Source: a virus
Lineage: Duplodnaviria > Heunggongvirae > Uroviricota > Caudoviricetes
Direction: 5' to 3' (one strand)
Virus record (IMG/VR): IMGVR_UViG_2671180884_000022
Length of the DNA stretch: 30,131 bases
Part shown: positions 1 to 9,066 of the stretch, one piece after another
Layout of the letters: the number at the start of each line of letters is the position of its first letter
Numbering within the stretch: position 1 is the first letter of the stretch
Notes under the pieces: generated by a model
Seen by the model: the letters and a program-made list of their open reading frames with translations, nothing else
The model's database searches: none
Told to the model about the DNA's origin: nothing
Made by a program: the position numbers and the translations under genes

Positions 1-270
1 ATATTCTTCTTTGTCGATCCAGTTTTTGTTAATGGATAAATCCATCAATTTGTGGACATTTTCGTCGTCCCAGGTCTGGCAGAAAGTGGCCAGGTTCTGA
101 CGAGCGTTGCCATCAAGATATAATTCGTCATTGATAATCTGGAATGCGACATCGTCGCGCATTTCGTGCAGCGGAAAACGTTTTGATTCTGCGATAGTGG
201 AAATAGACTTCGCACCAAAACGTGAATCGAGTAGTTCCGACCTTAAATCCGTTACTTGCTTCTTATCCAT
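1..270 (-). CDS. gadB: PLP-dependent glutamate decarboxylase, 5' portion only (gene runs off the window start)
   Basis: Reverse-complement translation from ATG at 270..268 reads [89 protein letters not shown], which I recognise as the E. coli Gad N-terminus. gadB rather than gadA is inferred from the pqqL neighbourhood and the MDKKQV start. Confidence 0.85.
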   Translation of the reverse strand, partial: MDKKQVTDLRSELLDSRFGAKSISTIAESKRFPLHEMRDDVAFQIINDELYLDGNARQNLATFCQTWDDENVHKLMDLSINKNWIDKEEY

Positions 271-349
271 TTTAAACTCCTTAAAATGATTGGATCGCAT
301 TAAAAAAGTAGGATTTATCGATAAAGTAAGCAAGTGCAAAGGACTCGTG

Positions 350-369
350 TTTAAATAACAAAATCCTAA
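350..369 (-). promoter_or_regulatory. GAD box (20-bp GadE-type activator site) in the gadB promoter
   Basis: Minus-strand sequence TTAGGATTTTGTTATTTAAA, a 20/20 match to the GAD box consensus as I recall it, centred about 90 bp upstream of the gadB ATG, consistent with a -63 position relative to the transcription start. Confidence 0.7.
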
Positions 370-585
370 TGTTATTTATCGTGAGATATTACGCGAATAA
401 TATTTTTTCATTGAAAAACAATGCAATATGAAATTCTTGGGTGGTGGTAAGGTGTTTTATGCTGTTATTTTTATGCGCATTCTGTGTCTCCTGAATTATC
501 ACGTAAAAATCAGACCTTAAAATATCACTATTAGTACTTGATTATTATTTTGAACGCATTTATAAAATTATTACATAAAAATAGC

Positions 586-625
586 GAATATTGCTAAAAT
601 CCCCGCCAACGATGTGTTGACGGGG
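586..625 (-). terminator. putative intrinsic terminator just downstream of pqqL
   Basis: GC-rich imperfect hairpin (ccccgccaac / gttgacgggg, 9 of 10 bp paired, 5-nt loop) at 601..625, immediately after the pqqL stop. On the minus strand it is followed by GAUUUUAGCAAUAUU; on the + strand a T-rich run also follows, so it may act bidirectionally. Confidence 0.4.
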
Positions 626-631
626 CTGTTA

Positions 632-3427
632 TTATTTTGGCAATAATACTCCGGTATAAGTATTTACCGGATGAGAAAGATATTGTTTAACGGCAGTGTT
701 AACATTCTCTACCGTCATTTGTTTCAACAATTGCTCCTGCTCAGTCCATGCTGCAGGATCGTCATATTGAATAAGACTATTTACAATAGTGTTCGCTAAT
801 TGTTGAACGCTACGCTGTTGGATATCGAGGCTGCGCTGAACGTTTTGCTGGTATTCATTCAGTTCTTGCTCACTGATCCCTTTAGCCAGACGCTTAACCA
901 TCACTTCATTCGCTAACGTTAACAGTTCATCATGTCGTTCTGGTTGACAAGTAAAAGCCAGCAAATGACTGATATCTTTGGCCTGAGGATCAACCGAGAG
1001 GCGAGAAGAAACGCTGTATGCTCCAGATGCCTGTTCACGAATATTAACACGTAGATCTTTTGCCAGTGCGACGTTAAAAGCATCGAGCGCCATACGCGTC
1101 GCCAGATTAACAGGTGTCCGGGAATCATAACGCTTCCACTGTGAAACCTGTGCCACAGGTTCATTTTGTTCTTTTACAGTAACCGATGCGTTGTCCGTCG
1201 CGCGAGTTAATGGTTTACCTGCGGCTAATGGCGAATCAGAGTGTTTGATTGATCCTAAGTAACGCGTAATTAACGCCACGAGTTTGTCTTCTGAGACATT
1301 ACCGACAATGACAAACGTGATATCCGCTGGAGATGAAAACAACTGGCGATCGGCAGCCAGCGCATCTGCGGCAGTAAACTGTACAATCTGATTTTCTTGC
1401 AGTAATTTCGTGCGGTCATCAGCATAGCGCGTCTCATACATCTGCTGGGCGAATTTCTCCGCTGGACGCTGGTCGAGCGTTTTCAACGCCTGAATTTGAG
1501 CATTTTGTAGCGATGCCCAAATATTGTCGTTAATCGTGCTGTGGGTGATTCGCTGGTTAATCAACTGAAAACCAGGTTCAGGGTTATTAGTCCGCGCGCT
1601 AACGGAGAGCAACGTATTCATGCCACTGACTTTACTGCTCATGGTTACCGAATTTTCCGCACTCCAGCGTTTCAGGCTGGAAGAGGAGAGCTCACCAACG
1701 CCGCTTCCGCTTACTGCTTTATTTGCCAGCGCGATAAGTGATTTTTGCTGCGCAGGGAAACTTAAATCGCCTTTATTCGATACGGCAGTAATTTGTAGCT
1801 TTTGCTCTTCACCCGCGGATTTTGCCAGAATAACCCTGGCACCATTGGAAAGTGTTAATGATGTCAGATTCTCAGCCAGCGTTTCTTTGCTGCTAATTTC
1901 CGCCTGTGGGTCAGCGTCTACTGTTAACGATAAATTTCTGCCTGGGAAGATGTAAGCCGCCAGCTTTTTGTTGGCGTACTCTTTTTCCAGCGCCAGGATA
2001 GCCGCAGGAGACAATGCTTTTTTGGCGGCAAGCTCATTGTTTACCATTTGCTCCCAAAATGCGTCCTGGTTCTTTCTTAACTGCTGCCATTTTTCCGCCA
2101 GACTTTGCACGGTAATTTGCTGCCACAGACGTTTCGAAAGTTGATATGTCTCTTCCGGCGACAAGAACGGCGTATTATTTAATGAGCTGGATGCCAGGCG
2201 ACTGGTCAGCATACGTAAATCACGTTCAGCTTGCTGATCAACCGCATTTTTCAGCCAGGTGAGGCGGGTAGATTTGACATCATCGAGTTCTTCAGCAGAA
2301 AAACCATGCTGATCAATGGTTGCCAACTCTGCCATTAATGCATTCGCAGCATCCTGCATATTATCGTCTCGTGCATTTACACGGAAAAACAGCGACTGAT
2401 AATCGGGTGCAATTTTAACGCTGCGCGCAGTGCCGCCAGAAATAGTCTTCAACTCGCCCGACTGTATGCGTTCCTGCAGACGTTGATTGAACAGCTGAAC
2501 TAACATGCTCCATTCAGCTTGTTCGATAAAGCTTTGCTCATCGTTCACTTGTACCATTGGCAGGCGATAATAGAGTGCGATGCCGTTCACCCGGTTTTCT
2601 TTATCATTAATGATATTAAAGCGCAGGTGGTTTTCGGCTTTTGTCGGCCAGACGCGATTTTCAGCTGCTTTGTTAGCCGGAAGCTTACTTAAATTATCCT
2701 TTATCAGCGCCAGCGCTTCTTTACTGTCGATATCGCCGACCACGATAAAGGTCATATTATTTGGTTGATACCAGCGTTGATAAAATTGGCGCAATTGTGC
2801 CGGTGTGACCGTGGCGACAGTATCCATCAGGCCGATAGGTTCACGGTCTAAATTACGGGTATTAGCCAGCAGGAAAGGGCGGCGCGCCTGAGAGGTGCGC
2901 CATTTCGCATCCTGATGGGCACGCCATTCCTCAGTAATTACGCCACGTTCAGCGTCTACTTCGAGTTTTTCAAAGGTTGCGGCATTACTCCATTCACTGA
3001 AGATTGCCATCACTTGTTGCAGATTTTGTTTCTGCGTAGTCGGCAAACTCACCTGATACACCGTTTCGTCATAGCTGGTATAGGCATTAACATCGCGACC
3101 AAAACGCAGGCCCATTGACTCAAATGTTTCGATGACTTTATTACCCGGCCATGTTTTTGTGCCGTTAAACATCATATGTTCTACAAAATGAGCCACGCCG
3201 CGCTCATTGTCTTCTTCCTGCAATGAACCGGTATGAATTTGCAGCCATAAATTTACCTGATCCTTTGGATGAGCATGCGGATAAATCATATATCGCAAGC
3301 CATTGCCCAGTTGCCCGGTAATTAACTTTTCATCCTGCGGTAAGGCGGCGGCAATCAGCCGCCCGGGGAGCAACAGAGTTGCCACTAACGTCAGTAAGAA
3401 ACAGAGGTTTCTCATAATTATCTCCAT
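632..3427 (-). CDS. pqqL: periplasmic M16-family zinc metalloprotease
   Basis: 931-aa ORF with an N-terminal signal peptide and the inverted zinc-binding motif HxxEH (HFVEHMMF) typical of M16 pitrilysin-like peptidases. Size and neighbourhood match E. coli PqqL. Confidence 0.93.
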   Translation of the reverse strand: MEIIMRNLCFLLTLVATLLLPGRLIAAALPQDEKLITGQLGNGLRYMIYPHAHPKDQVNLWLQIHTGSLQEEDNERGVAHFVEHMMFNGTKTWPGNKVIETFESMGLRFGRDVNAYTSYDETVYQVSLPTTQKQNLQQVMAIFSEWSNAATFEKLEVDAERGVITEEWRAHQDAKWRTSQARRPFLLANTRNLDREPIGLMDTVATVTPAQLRQFYQRWYQPNNMTFIVVGDIDSKEALALIKDNLSKLPANKAAENRVWPTKAENHLRFNIINDKENRVNGIALYYRLPMVQVNDEQSFIEQAEWSMLVQLFNQRLQERIQSGELKTISGGTARSVKIAPDYQSLFFRVNARDDNMQDAANALMAELATIDQHGFSAEELDDVKSTRLTWLKNAVDQQAERDLRMLTSRLASSSLNNTPFLSPEETYQLSKRLWQQITVQSLAEKWQQLRKNQDAFWEQMVNNELAAKKALSPAAILALEKEYANKKLAAYIFPGRNLSLTVDADPQAEISSKETLAENLTSLTLSNGARVILAKSAGEEQKLQITAVSNKGDLSFPAQQKSLIALANKAVSGSGVGELSSSSLKRWSAENSVTMSSKVSGMNTLLSVSARTNNPEPGFQLINQRITHSTINDNIWASLQNAQIQALKTLDQRPAEKFAQQMYETRYADDRTKLLQENQIVQFTAADALAADRQLFSSPADITFVIVGNVSEDKLVALITRYLGSIKHSDSPLAAGKPLTRATDNASVTVKEQNEPVAQVSQWKRYDSRTPVNLATRMALDAFNVALAKDLRVNIREQASGAYSVSSRLSVDPQAKDISHLLAFTCQPERHDELLTLANEVMVKRLAKGISEQELNEYQQNVQRSLDIQQRSVQQLANTIVNSLIQYDDPAAWTEQEQLLKQMTVENVNTAVKQYLSHPVNTYTGVLLPK

Positions 3428-3471
3428 GCGAAAACCGGGCGAATTTACCCGGTTAAGTAAAATCCGAACTA

Positions 3472-5844
3472 TTAAAATTTCATGCTGACATCAAGCCAGA
3501 AAGTACGGCCACTGGCGTAGGTCGCCACACCGGTATTCGTTGTATCAACAGCGGTTTTGCTATCCAATACATTGAGAATATCGGCACTGATCGTCAGGTT
3601 TTGTTGTTTCAGAAATTGTGGCGTCCAGGACAAGCGGGTGTCCCAGGTCAGGCTGCTATCCAGTTTTTCGTCAACATACTGCTTGTAATCTGAATATTCG
3701 CTGATGTATTGCGCATTTGTCTTACCCAGGATAATGCGAGCTTTACGCGCTTCTTGCCAGGCCAGCGTATTCGCCCACACCAACCCGCTCGGTTGATGCG
3801 TGAAATCCATGTTTAAGGAGATCTTTAATGGGTTATTAAAATCTGCCACTGGAACGCTATCGTAAGAGACAAGATTACCGTTATAAACCACCTGGTTATC
3901 ACCGGTATTGCTCTCCTCATAACCATTGTTTAACGACAAGTTGCCCTTGCTCTTGATATAGCTAAAGACAATTTGTGGGTTAATATCTACCTGGCGGATA
4001 TGCAGGGGTTCGGCCAGCTCAAAACTGAGGTTGAACGAATGCGTTTTGGTTTTGCCATCGTTGTTATATTCAGTAATGGTGGTTTTAGTCGCGCTGTCGG
4101 TACGACTGCTTTTGCTGATTTGATCATGCGCTTCACGGTAAACATAGTTTGCACGCGCAATAACGTTCTTACCGATTTTCTGCTGCAATCCCATTGCCAG
4201 TTCATCGTTATAAGGCGTTTTCAAATCCTGATAACGCGTCAGGGTTTTATTGCCTGATACCGATTCCGTCCAGCTATTGCGGATATCACGTAATCCCATA
4301 TCAAGAATATTCCCACCATAGTAACGGTTATAACCTGCGGTAATCATTGAGGTTTGATCAGCAAAAATATCCCATTCCGTCATAAAGCGCGGGGAGATAT
4401 TGTGGTTTGACAGATAGTTGTCATAGTCATACCGCACGCCGGGCATTAATGACACATTACGCCAGCTAATGCGATCCGCCATATACAGTGTGTAGTTGTC
4501 AATTCCCAGGCTGCCTTTACCTTTATGGTAAATGGTATGGTTAGTTTTCTTTCCGGCAGCATTAATCACATAGGATTCAGACTGGTTATGGCGTTCAGTC
4601 CATGCATCGGAATAGATGTATTCCGCGCCGAAGTAGGGTTGATGCGAAACATTACCCACGGCGAATTTTTGCCAGTCCAGGCGTGTTTTGAAGGTGTAAT
4701 TATCTACAGCCTGGGAAATGTGTCCTAATCCGCCACGGGTGCAACGCCCTGTAATATCACCATATGTACATGAAAGTTCGGTGTACCAGGTGTCATGATC
4801 GTGACGGGTATAATCACTAATATGATCCCAACCAACGGTGGTACGAAGTTTGGCCCATGCGAGCTGCGTATCCATATCCCATGCCAGACCATAGGATTTA
4901 TTACCCATTTCGCGATCAGACTGCGGGAAGGTGCTGGTATTATAATCACGGCTGGAGCCGGTATATTTTAAGGTTAAATCGTGGGTAAAGCGGTCGCTGG
5001 CAAACCAGGTAAATTTGCTCAATGCAGTATCGATAACGTTTTTATACTGTGCCCGACCGGCGACAATGCCGTCATTCGAAACATAATCCGCGCGGGTGAT
5101 ATCAGACTGGCGGCGCGATAAACCGGCGGTAACGCCAAAGTTATCAGCGAGTTCCTGATTAAACGACAAGGTATAAAAGTTCTTTTTAAAATCTGGAGAG
5201 TAATAAGTACTTCCTGAAGAACCTTGATTAAATGCGCTCTTGTTATTCTCATCGATATGCGATGTTAACCAGTCCGAACGCGTAGTGCGATAACCCAGTT
5301 TCACGCTGCTATCATCAGCGTTGAAGCGTTTGATCTTTGCATCAATTACCCCGCCATTGAAGCGACCGAATTCAACCGGCACAAAACTGTCATAAAGCGT
5401 CACATTGTCCAGTAAGCTGACATCAAGATAATACCCCTGTGACATCCCGCTAATATTGGTTGCACTACTGGCATCGGACTCATTCGCTGGGTTCAGGTTA
5501 TTAGTGGCACTAATACCATCAATCAAATAGGCATTCTGGTAGGGCGACGCACCGTGAATAGAGATTTTCTCCGGGCGAATATCTCCCTGGTTCAACGAGG
5601 TACTTTGCGTTGAATCCATGCGTACCGCAGGGTTGGTTCTCAGCAGATCGCTGATATTGCCATTCCCGGTCGGTAAACGCTCGATGCTTTCACTGGTGTA
5701 ATGCGTGTTGCCGTTTACGGGTACAGGGACAGGAGCATAGACCGTCATCTCTTCAAAAACATGCATGTACATGTTTTTGTCATCGACGGCCTGCGCCACA
5801 TCAGCGCCACATAAAATGACGCCAGGAATAAGAACTCGCTTCAT
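3472..5844 (-). CDS. yddB: TonB-dependent outer-membrane receptor
   Basis: 790-aa ORF with a signal peptide, plug and barrel-like composition rich in aromatic/Gly/Ser/Asn/Thr, and a C-terminal Phe (…DVSMKF), typical of TonB-dependent transporters. It sits 44 bp upstream of pqqL and 37 bp downstream of yddA, giving an operon arrangement. Confidence 0.93.
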   Translation of the reverse strand: MKRVLIPGVILCGADVAQAVDDKNMYMHVFEEMTVYAPVPVPVNGNTHYTSESIERLPTGNGNISDLLRTNPAVRMDSTQSTSLNQGDIRPEKISIHGASPYQNAYLIDGISATNNLNPANESDASSATNISGMSQGYYLDVSLLDNVTLYDSFVPVEFGRFNGGVIDAKIKRFNADDSSVKLGYRTTRSDWLTSHIDENNKSAFNQGSSGSTYYSPDFKKNFYTLSFNQELADNFGVTAGLSRRQSDITRADYVSNDGIVAGRAQYKNVIDTALSKFTWFASDRFTHDLTLKYTGSSRDYNTSTFPQSDREMGNKSYGLAWDMDTQLAWAKLRTTVGWDHISDYTRHDHDTWYTELSCTYGDITGRCTRGGLGHISQAVDNYTFKTRLDWQKFAVGNVSHQPYFGAEYIYSDAWTERHNQSESYVINAAGKKTNHTIYHKGKGSLGIDNYTLYMADRISWRNVSLMPGVRYDYDNYLSNHNISPRFMTEWDIFADQTSMITAGYNRYYGGNILDMGLRDIRNSWTESVSGNKTLTRYQDLKTPYNDELAMGLQQKIGKNVIARANYVYREAHDQISKSSRTDSATKTTITEYNNDGKTKTHSFNLSFELAEPLHIRQVDINPQIVFSYIKSKGNLSLNNGYEESNTGDNQVVYNGNLVSYDSVPVADFNNPLKISLNMDFTHQPSGLVWANTLAWQEARKARIILGKTNAQYISEYSDYKQYVDEKLDSSLTWDTRLSWTPQFLKQQNLTISADILNVLDSKTAVDTTNTGVATYASGRTFWLDVSMKF

Positions 5845-5881
5845 TTATTTATATCTCCGTACAGCAGGGCTTTTATTGTTT

Positions 5882-7567
5882 TTATAAAACCGCGCTAATG
5901 TCACAAATATCATCGGCCAGGTTCCAGACACCGGGTTGATGTGTAACCATAATGACGCCGCTTGTGGGTAGTTTTTCACGCACTAAACGCAGTAAGCGGA
6001 TAGCCTCTTGTTCCTCAAGATGAGAGGTAGTTTCGTCAAGAAATATCCATTTCGGACGTCGTAAAATTAATCGTGCCAGGGCGATACGTTGTTTTTCGCC
6101 GCTGGAAAGAATATCTCCCCAGCGATCGTGGTCATGAATACGCGCAGCCAATTTCCCCAGACCAACCTGATGCAGTATTTCGCTCAACGATTTATCGTCT
6201 ACGGGCAGAGGAAGTGCTTTACAAATAATCTCTTTCAGTAAGCCGGTTTTGATTAACGGTGTTTGTGACACATACCAACTGTCGGCAGGAGAAGAAATAT
6301 CACCTTTAAACCACGGCCAGCAGTGGGATAATGTTTTAAGCAGTGTGGTTTTTCCCGCACCAGAGTAACCTTTCAGTAATAGCCATTTGCCTGGCGGAAC
6401 ATGAAAGTTCAGGTTCTCTAATATGATCTTATTATCAGGGGTACGAATACTCGCGTCAGCCACTTGTACCGCATGTTGGCAATTTTTAGGCTTATTCGTA
6501 GGGCGCTGTTCGGTGAGTTGATGGAACTCATACAAGCGATCGATAACCGCAGCCAGTTCAGCAATTTCATCATATTTATAAATAAACCAGCTTAAATTGT
6601 TCGATACCAGCATAAATGCCTGGCGCGATTTCATAAGTCCGCCCAGATTGATCTGTCCGCTAATAAACTGCGGCAATAACAGAAAGTACGGAAGAACGCT
6701 AAGCGAACGCGAATAAATATTCTGCCAGTAATCAAGCCACCGCTGACGATTCATTAAACGATGCCAGTTCTCTTTAATGGTGTGAAAATTGTCGCTCAAC
6801 TCCTGGCGTTGTAGAGACTCAGCATTGCTTAGCGCAATCAGTTCTGCCTGTTTATTATGCTGCACAAGATTAGTTCGAAATGTCGCTTCGCTACGTTGTT
6901 TTTCCACATTAAGCGGACGAATACGTTTACCAACCTTATGGGTAAATAAAGTTCCACCGATCACAATGAGCACAACGGTATAGACCATATACCCCTGGAT
7001 ATTCCATTCTGTTCCACCAACAGTGAATGAGAGCGTACCCGCGCTTTGCCAAAGAATAACGGTAAAGGTGATCAGCATGCTAAGTGACTGGATGAAGCCA
7101 AATGAAAGGCTGAGCGTTTTGCTGATCAGTAAGAGAATGTCTTCAGCGATACGTTGGTCAGGGTTATCTGTATTTTTATGCTCGCCGTAGATCTGCGTGA
7201 AGTAGTAGTTTTTATCTGCAAACCACCGATTAAGGTAGTAATCTGTTAACCATTCGCGCCAGCGAATAGTCAGTAGTTTAATTAACCATGTTTTGTTTAC
7301 GGATATTAATACAAAGATCCCCAGCAGGGCAGGGAACCAAAGGACAAGCTGCCAAAGCTTATCGGTTTCTTTCTGGCTTAGCGCATTGAAAAAATCATTA
7401 TTCCAGTCGTTTAACCAGACCTGAATTTTAACCACGCCAAGGATCATGGCGAGGATAATAATGATTAACAACACTGAAGTTTTATTATTCTTACGCAGCC
7501 AAAAGGGCTTCAGCAGACAGAGATACTTTGCTATCAACATACAAAACGTAATGGGAATGGTTATCAT
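5882..7567 (-). CDS. yddA: ABC transporter, fused transmembrane and ATPase domains (SbmA/BacA-like N-terminal domain)
   Basis: 561-aa ORF with a hydrophobic N-terminal half, then Walker A (GYSGAGKTT), ABC signature (LSSGEKQRIALAR) and Walker B (IFLDETTSHLE). Confidence 0.92.
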   Translation of the reverse strand: MITIPITFCMLIAKYLCLLKPFWLRKNNKTSVLLIIIILAMILGVVKIQVWLNDWNNDFFNALSQKETDKLWQLVLWFPALLGIFVLISVNKTWLIKLLTIRWREWLTDYYLNRWFADKNYYFTQIYGEHKNTDNPDQRIAEDILLLISKTLSLSFGFIQSLSMLITFTVILWQSAGTLSFTVGGTEWNIQGYMVYTVVLIVIGGTLFTHKVGKRIRPLNVEKQRSEATFRTNLVQHNKQAELIALSNAESLQRQELSDNFHTIKENWHRLMNRQRWLDYWQNIYSRSLSVLPYFLLLPQFISGQINLGGLMKSRQAFMLVSNNLSWFIYKYDEIAELAAVIDRLYEFHQLTEQRPTNKPKNCQHAVQVADASIRTPDNKIILENLNFHVPPGKWLLLKGYSGAGKTTLLKTLSHCWPWFKGDISSPADSWYVSQTPLIKTGLLKEIICKALPLPVDDKSLSEILHQVGLGKLAARIHDHDRWGDILSSGEKQRIALARLILRRPKWIFLDETTSHLEEQEAIRLLRLVREKLPTSGVIMVTHQPGVWNLADDICDISAVL

Positions 7568-7587
7568 TAGCGAAAATTGATTGTGCC

Positions 7588-7620
7588 ATCCAATGATTAT
7601 CTATGGCAATGATTTACTGA
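7588..7620 (-). promoter_or_regulatory. Fur-box-like sequence overlapping the probable yddA promoter
   Basis: 20-50 bp upstream of the yddA ATG the minus strand carries GATAATCATTGG and an adjacent AATCATTGC hexamer repeat, resembling the Fur consensus GATAATGATAATCATTATC. By eye only; not scored against a matrix. Confidence 0.3.
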
Positions 7621-7778
7621 TGAAATTTATTTAAGTATCATTTAACAATATGAAATATAAAGGAATATTTCATTTTCAGTGGTTATGGTTATGCTATTGA
7701 TAATCAAGGGTATTGCTAATGCCCTGACGCATACCACGTAAGCCAGGATTTTCGCAAGGGAAGATGATGATGACGAAA

Positions 7779-7804
7779 CACCCGACAGGAATTTATGTCG
7801 GGTG
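7779..7804 (-). terminator. stem-loop downstream of the ydeM stop (possible ydeNM terminator)
   Basis: Perfect 9-bp inverted repeat cacccgaca / tgtcgggtg with an 8-nt loop, about 55 nt after the ydeM stop. The following U-tract on the minus strand is weak (UUUCGUCAUC), so terminator function is uncertain. Confidence 0.3.
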
Positions 7805-7857
7805 CCTTGTTAAGGTCATAAGAAGGAGGCTAAGAATGGAGTTAAAAGAGAGCGTTA

Positions 7858-9015
7858 TTAATTATTCTCCATTTGTTTTGCAACATCCATAATGTGGTAA
7901 AGCGGTACTCTGTTCTTAGCTAACTCCACCATGGCGTTCATATAAGGTACCATGGTTGAAAAAAGGATTTTATAACCTTCGCAAAAATAAGAAACAGTCT
8001 CATTGTTTACTTTAGTAATACGATGCTTAGGACAACCGCCATTGCAGATAGGTTTATATGCACATTTCAGACATTTCGCTGAAATCCGTTTTTTTTGCGC
8101 TGTCAGTTGTACACTGTTCATCGTTTTGAGTTCAGATTTATTAATGTTTCCAATTTTGTACTGTGGATAGACAAAATGGTCGCATTCATAAATATCTCCA
8201 TTACTTTCAACAACCAGATTATCCTTGCAGGACTCCTGGAAAATACAACTGGTATGCCCATTCCCTAAAAAACGGCTGACAAAGCTTTCAAACTGACGGA
8301 TGAAAATTTCACCCACATCGTTTTTAACCCATTGCATAAAAATGGTTGACATAAACTTGCCATAAGCCGTGGGAGGCACAGAAAAATCAATGATACGGAA
8401 TGTGTTCTCACTATGACCACTGAAATCAATATTCGGCGTCCCGGTTTCGAGCAATTCGATAAATTGCATATGTTTACTGCCGATAGATTTTAAAAAATGA
8501 TAAACCTCAAGAGGGTAATGGACATTAACGTTATTAATGACGGTTAACGTATTAAACTCAACTTGATATGATTTCAGACGCTCGATGGCTGCTATCACTT
8601 TTGCAAAAGTACCGTTACCTGAATTACTGCGTCTGTAACGGTCATGTAGCTCCTGGGGGCCATCGATCGAGATACCAACCAGAAACTCATGTTCTTTGAG
8701 AAAAGCACACCATTCATTATTCAATAAAATGCCATTCGTTTGTAATGCATTAAAAATACGTTTTTGGCCTGCATAGCATTGTTGATAGTGAATAACTTTA
8801 CGGAAAAAATCCAGGCCAGCCAGAGTGGGTTCACCGCCTTGCCAGGTAAAATAGACCTGATTGCCAGACGCTGCGATATATTGTTTGATGAACTCTTTCA
8901 GAGTGCTGTCATCCATCCATTTTTCATGAGTAAACTGCGACTCTTTTTCAAGGTAAAAACAGTAATCACATTTGAGATTACATTGAAAACTGGAGGGCTT
9001 GGCTGTAACGTGCAT
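7858..9015 (-). CDS. ydeM: radical SAM / SPASM-domain anaerobic sulfatase-maturating enzyme homolog
   Basis: N-terminal CxxxCxxC radical-SAM motif (CNLKCDYC) and C-terminal cysteine cluster ([17 protein letters not shown]) typical of AtsB-type maturases. The track ORF starts at an upstream TTG; the ATG at 9015 gives the 385-aa product I expect for YdeM. Confidence 0.9.
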   Translation of the reverse strand: MHVTAKPSSFQCNLKCDYCFYLEKESQFTHEKWMDDSTLKEFIKQYIAASGNQVYFTWQGGEPTLAGLDFFRKVIHYQQCYAGQKRIFNALQTNGILLNNEWCAFLKEHEFLVGISIDGPQELHDRYRRSNSGNGTFAKVIAAIERLKSYQVEFNTLTVINNVNVHYPLEVYHFLKSIGSKHMQFIELLETGTPNIDFSGHSENTFRIIDFSVPPTAYGKFMSTIFMQWVKNDVGEIFIRQFESFVSRFLGNGHTSCIFQESCKDNLVVESNGDIYECDHFVYPQYKIGNINKSELKTMNSVQLTAQKKRISAKCLKCAYKPICNGGCPKHRITKVNNETVSYFCEGYKILFSTMVPYMNAMVELAKNRVPLYHIMDVAKQMENN

Positions 9016-9066
9016 CGCTATCTCGCTCAATAAGGCGGCGGAAAATTCCGCCGCATGAAGGTTTAG

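Noticed and set aside
919-1164. Minus-strand 81-aa ORF nested in pqqL, and similar short same-strand alternative-frame ORFs (3987..4205, 4725..4949, 5019..5252, 9783..10178, 12356..12577, 15370..15561, 19678..19908, 21772..21954, 23166..23363, 25086..25316, 25618..25863, 27369..27563)
   Set aside because: Out-of-frame overlaps of much longer, well-supported genes with no independent start signals or motifs.
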